From the NCBI GenBank assembly GCA_964016885.1, contig OZ024743.1, forward strand, positions 265,732,001 to 265,796,000: a stretch of 64,000 bases of DNA, in the 5' to 3' direction. The position numbers and the translations under genes are program-made. Shown here piece by piece: positions 58,457-64,000 of the stretch. A model generated the notes under the pieces. The model worked only from the letters and a program-made list of their open reading frames with translations. It made no database searches and was not told the origin of the DNA. Each line of letters starts with the position of its first letter. The first letter of the stretch is position 1. The DNA is from Eledone cirrhosa. Its lineage: Eukaryota.

Positions 58457-61400
58457 ACAGTTGCATTTATCTTGCTTTTATGTTCATACGGGTTATCACC
58501 AAGTCACAACCAGTGACCTCAAGAGACAACAAGGTCCGCCATGTTCAAAAAAGAACATACACACTCACACATGTATCTTTAGTGTTTAGACTTGTGATGT
58601 ACGTATATTGACAGAATCTTCCTTAGTATATGGGCAGTTTCCATTAGTACTATCTTTTGTATTTCTCCTATACGCGGGTTTCCTGCGATTTGCGATAAGT
58701 AATCATTAGATCCCTTAGCTATCATTTCCAGAGCGCCCACAACCACTGGCATTGTTTTAGTTCTCAATTTCCACATTTTTCCAATTTCTATCTCCAGGTC
58801 CTTATACTTGCTCAATTTTTCAAATGTTTTTATAGATACATTCTTGTCTATTGGAACGGACATATCAATTAGCAGGAATAGCCTCTTTTTAAAGTCCTTC
58901 AATATTATATCAGGTCTATTTGCATCTATTTTTCGGTCTGTTTGGATGCTAAAGTTCCACAAGATTGAGATGTGATCTTTTTCAAGTATGGGAGGTGGTT
59001 GATGCTCCCACCAATTCTTTTGATGGGGCAGGTCAAAATGCTTACACATTATCCAATGTATGTATTGTGCAGCTCTGTCATGCCTGTTTAGGTATTCGGT
59101 TGGAGCTATAGGACTGCACATTGAAATTATATGGTCAATGGTCTCTGGTTGTTTTTTGCATACACGGCATAATGGGCTGCATCCATTTTTTATTATGTTG
59201 GCTTGGTAATTTTTTGTTGGCAGACACTGATCTTGTGCTGATATAATCAGTCCTTCAGTCTCCGATTTCAGTCCAGAGGATGCCAACCACTGATGGGTTA
59301 AAGTTTTGTCAACATCAGGATTGTTAGCTCGTTCTGGGTATTTTCCATACAGAGGCTTTTCTTGCCATTTCTTAGGCAGTTTCTGTAGCAGTTCTTTCTT
59401 TGCAGTTACTTTTACCTGCTTTGCTTTTTCTGTGTTTTCCATTTCAGCAGTAAATGGGACTTCTGAAATTTGTAGTCCATTGCTGTATCTTTGTGCATCT
59501 TTTGTAATGGAATATGATCTTTTGATGCTTTCGTGTTTCAAAAGAAGTTTGATCATCCAATCATGTGATTCCCTTAGATATGTAGATAATCCAATTGTTG
59601 CAGTTTTCAACGCAATGTCTAACTGGACTAACCCACGTCCTCCTTCTTTCCTAGGGAGATATATTCTATCTATATCTGCCTTAGGATGATGCATTCTGTT
59701 CATGGTTAAGAATTTTCGAATTTTTGTATCGAGCCTACGGATCTCTGTGCTTGACCAGTTGATGACATTGTAACTGTAGGTTACTACTGGTATGGCAAGC
59801 GTGTATATGGCATCGATCCTATTCCTTGCATTCAATTCCGTTCTTAAGATTGCTCTTACTCTGCGGTAACATTCCTTCCTTATCCTTTCCCTCATTGTCG
59901 AGTGCTTGATTCCGTCTCCTTCACAAACACCTAGATATTTGTAAGTTTTTTCTTGATCAAGTTCTCTTATCACGTTCCCCCAATCAAGATTAATGTCTGA
60001 ACTCTTCAGCAGCCTTCTTCTGGTGAACGTTGCTTTGGCGCATTTATCTAGTCCAAACTCCATTTTAATGTCATCACTGAACTGCTCCACAGTGGATAAT
60101 AGCCCTTGCAATTGTTCATCATTTTTTCCAAATAGTTTCAGGTCATTCATGTAGAACAAGTGATTAATGGTTTTGTCATAGGCTTTATATCCATGTTGTG
60201 TTTCATTGAGCATTTTACTTAATGGTATAAGTGCGATGCAGAATAAAAGCGGTGATAAAGAGTCACCCTGAAAAATTCCACAATTAATATTAACTTCTCC
60301 AGCTTCCAGTGATTTTGTTTTTCAAAAGGAGTGTCGTTTTCCATGTCTTCATACTGAATGATAAAAACCTCCTGACAACGGGGGATATTTTGAAAATGTC
60401 TAAACATTTTTCAATCCAACTGTGTGGCAAACTATCGAATGCTTTTTTATAATCTATCCAAGCAATTGATAGATGTTTGTGTCTATTATGACAATCTTCC
60501 AGTATCATTTTGTTAACCAAAAGCTGATCCTTACAGCCATATGAGCCTCGTTTACACCCTTTCTGCTCAATGGGAAATAGGTCATTTGTTATCAGGTGGT
60601 CCTATGTGTATTCAGTTAGGACTGATGTTAAAATTTTATACATTGTGGTCAAGCAAGTTATCGGTCTGTAATTTTGGGGATTGTTTGTCTCATCATTCTT
60701 CGGAAGCAGGGATGTAATGCCGTTAACTAGCCATGATGGTATCTTTTCTGTCTCCTTAACTATTTCATTGTAAAGTTGGGCTAACAGCTTATGAGACTCT
60801 GTGAAGGCATTTATCCAAACATTTTGTATTTTGTCTTTTCCTGGGGATTTCCATTTGCTGGTTTTTCTTAGAGCCAAGCGCAACTGTTCAACTGTTATGT
60901 TTTCCCATATTTGTTCCTCAAGGTGAGCTGTATCTTTCATTTGTCTGTCTATCCATGGGGCATGTATGTTATGAACTTTTTCTTCGGCCCAGATCTTTTC
61001 CCAGAATTCTTGCACTTCCTCCTTGGGTGGTATTGATTTAGCTGTTATTGATGACTTACCAATTTTTCTGTAGAAGTTTATTATTGTCCTTATAGGATCT
61101 AGATCGTTTTTCAAAGCGCCTTATACGAGCAGCTTTGGCCGACACTTTTCGCTTGATTATTTCTATCAGCATGTCTATGTCACTTGTTGATTTTATACTG
61201 TACTTTCTTTTCAATTTTCTAAGTTTAGTTTGTTTAACATGTACACCTACTTTATAGTTTGTTAAAATTTCTATGTTAGATCGGAGAACGTTTATTTGTC
61301 GATTGATGTTCTCTTGCCAAGTAGATTTCTTGTGGGAATTCCTTTGTTTTTTCATGTTCACTCCACATAAGTGAGTGCTGACTTTACCCGATGCATAATA

Positions 61401-62390
61401 GAGATGATTTAAATCAGTAATGTTTAGTTTGTTTGTGATGATAATGTTTTTGAGAATTATGTTAGTCTTGTGTATTATCTTTTGGTTCTGTTTGGAGTTC
61501 TGGATCTTAGGGAGGGTGTCTCGTTGCCCCATGTCAGATTCTTTCATTTTCATCCATTCGATCATAATTTCATCCTTCAAGTTGGCAAGTTCATTCTCAT
61601 TCATTTCTTTATCATTTACGATCTCATTATTTTCATTTGATTTGGAGTTTCATCTTGAGCATGCACTCCCTCCACTTTTACGATCCTTTCTTTAATTTGT
61701 TTTGTTGTCAGTGATTCCGCTTCAACCCTGGGATTCGAAGTGCTACAATTTACCTCGTTTTCACTGACACATGTTTCATTTTCCCTTCGCTGACTCTGTG
61801 CTAATAGCTTGATCTGATCAATTTCTATATCAGTTAGTAACCTTTTTTTAACAATATTTCTTCGTATATTGGCTAGTTTGTTACTGTCAATATAGCCTCT
61901 GTTTTCGGGATGTTTCTTTTTACAGTTGATATATGTCTGTTCTGTATTCGATGTATTTGATGGGCAGTACATGGCAGTGTAGAAAGCCTCAAGGACTTCT
62001 TTATTATCTTCCCTTGACCACTTTCCTCTCTTTTTCTTTGGATATCTTGGTGGTGAACATGGAGGGCCAACAGTAGGAGTATTCCGGTTATGGTAGGTCT
62101 CCAGCTCCGAAGTGATGGGAAGGTTTGAACCATTAGCTGATTTTTCGACCCCAGTCTGGTTCCTCTCTGAGGGACGCGGCCCTTTTTTACCCGGGTGACG
62201 GCCGATCCGGTATGAGATTTTATCATTAGACATTTACTTTATTTTATCGCGTTTTATCCTTATCCGCCAAGGGGTAATCATTTCGTGTTACCACTTCTAG
62301 AACGAGTGTCAACCAAGACTAGAGGGGTCGTTCTCCCCTAGAGACACGGCTATTCCCCGCCGGCCGCCATCCCGGTATTTCTTGGTCACG
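58457..62390 (-). mobile_element. Full-length but disrupted R4/Dong-clade element of a different family
   Basis: ORF pieces 62233-61616, 61604-61056, 61114-60602 (NYRPITCL), 60520-60290 (IDYKKAFDS), 60213-58579 (FYMND, YKYLG, CRVC..HIISMC, RHD, RPDI..IDMSVP). Confidence 0.92.
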
Positions 62391-63545
62391 GGGTTTTCTT
62401 TTTTGTTGTTTTTTTTAAATTGTTATTAATGTGAGCATTGCGTGGCTTAAGAATGAAATTATTAATAATAATAATTGTCTCCACTCCAGACACAAGGCCA
62501 GCAATCACCCAGTGCATTACAATAATATAATATACTTTTTGCTGAAGTTGCCTGTTACTGTTGTTGGCTATGTCGGTGGTGGTGCTGGGGCTTTTTATAT
62601 TGTTGGTGAGGAAGGAGGGAGCCACCAGTGCCATAGTTGTTGACGCTTGGCCGGTGGCCAGGTCACTAAGTCAATCTATTTTTTTTTTTTGCTAGCCTCT
62701 CCCTTGTCTAGTGATACCGCCACCTTCCCCTTTCTTAAGTTAACATGGGAATAGTGGTGGTAGCAATGAAGGAGTGGTTTCGGCGGTGATGGTGTAGTGG
62801 TAGCAATGATGGATAGAGTGGTGGTGGCGGTGGCGTTGTCGTTACTGAGTTTTTTTTTTTACATGTAGTCTCTATGCGTTTGTGTCGCGTATGTTTAATA
62901 TCTGTGTTGAATAGACTAGTTTTGTTTGATCTGTAGTATCTATGCGTTTGTGCCGCGTATGTTTAATATATGCGTTGAGATATTCCCGTAAAATTGGAAT
63001 TAAACATTTTGTTAAAACTTGAGACAATAATAATAGTAATTATTATTATGATGCTGGGATTTGTGGTGGTGGTGGTGAAATTGCCGTTATCTGGCTGTTA
63101 TATTTAGTGTACACAGTGGGGTGATGGGGTAGGTGGTGTATCAAGTTTCTGGTGTTGGTGAAATTGCTGTTCTATATAGTGTAGACAGAGGAAGTTTTCT
63201 TCCATTTATAACCATTATTATTATTATTATATTATTATTATTATATTAAAGTACCAGTAATGTACTGGATAATTGCTGGCCCTGTGCCAAAAGTAGAAAC
63301 AATTATTATTATTATATTATGGCCGCACATGTGTGAAGACAGTACACATCTGCGGGGGAAAAGGTTCGTAACTTTAAGCTGTTTTAAAGTGTCTTTTTTT
63401 TGTATTTTCTTGTCATTAACGAAACTTAAGATACACATCTTGATTTAAAGAGAGAGATGCCTCTCAATATTCGGGCTTTCAGCCCGAATATTCAGATTTA
63501 TTTAAAAAACTTCGAAAAAAATCGCTTCCCCACCTAAAGAAAATT

Positions 63546-64000
63546 ATGGAAATGTTCGACCTTGAAACGGTAAACAACGTTCAGGTCAAAAGTTTAAAGG
63601 CAACCACTGTAGATTTCACCACGACTACGACGGCTACAGTCATGCCTGTCATCCACTCTACTGAATGTGAAGGCAACACTCAAAAGCTACCATCACAACC
63701 TTCTGCCATAGCAGCAGTATCATCTGAAAACGACATCACCACCACCTCCACCACCACCACCACCACCACCACTACAACAACAACAACAACTCAGAGCAAT
63801 AACGACAATAACACCGACAGCTTCAATATAAACAAGGATGGCGGTGGCAACAGCAAGAATGACAACAACAACAATAAGAGCATCAGAAAATCCACATTTG
63901 CTGCAGCAGCAGCAAAAACAAAGCGCTTATTGAATATTGATATTGATATTAGCGATAAAGACGAACAGTTGGCCAAAGCGTGGAGGCTAATTAAACGGAA
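63546..64000 (+). CDS. Open reading frame running off the window (Thr/Asn-rich N-terminus), probably retrotransposon ORF1-like
   Basis: MEMFDLETVNNVQVK..TTTT..STFAAAAAKTKRLLNIDIDISDKDEQLAKAWRLIKR with no stop; lies ~225 bp after a SINE (ATT)n tail. Confidence 0.45.
   Translation, partial: MEMFDLETVNNVQVKSLKATTVDFTTTTTATVMPVIHSTECEGNTQKLPSQPSAIAAVSSENDITTTSTTTTTTTTTTTTTTQSNNDNNTDSFNINKDGGGNSKNDNNNNKSIRKSTFAAAAAKTKRLLNIDIDISDKDEQLAKAWRLIKR

Overview
AT-rich, microsatellite-dense eukaryotic DNA. The repeat landscape (long (TA)n tracts, tRNA-derived SINEs, R4/Dong and CR1 LINEs) is typical of an invertebrate such as a cephalopod, but that assignment is inference. The only host gene I can support is three spliced exons encoding one complete CUB domain (46598-50181, +). 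The rest is mostly transposon-derived: four degenerate Penelope-like element (PLE) copies (three Naiad-like, one Neptune-like), four R4/Dong-clade RLE LINEs (one nearly intact), CR1 and RTE fragments, SINEs, a non-autonomous Helitron and mariner relics. The most striking signal is non-coding. A tandem array of ~420-bp monomers (37024-39530) carries a minimal type I hammerhead ribozyme (HHR) in each monomer on the minus strand, i.e. a non-LTR retrozyme-like element. At least seven other fold-back elements sit in (TA)n tracts with the same architecture: divergent inverted arms, 3' ends pointing into (TA)n, and usually one arm with a 3' extension. Most of them contain HHR motifs from several distinct sequence families. 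All structures were read by eye, and no folding or database searches were run.
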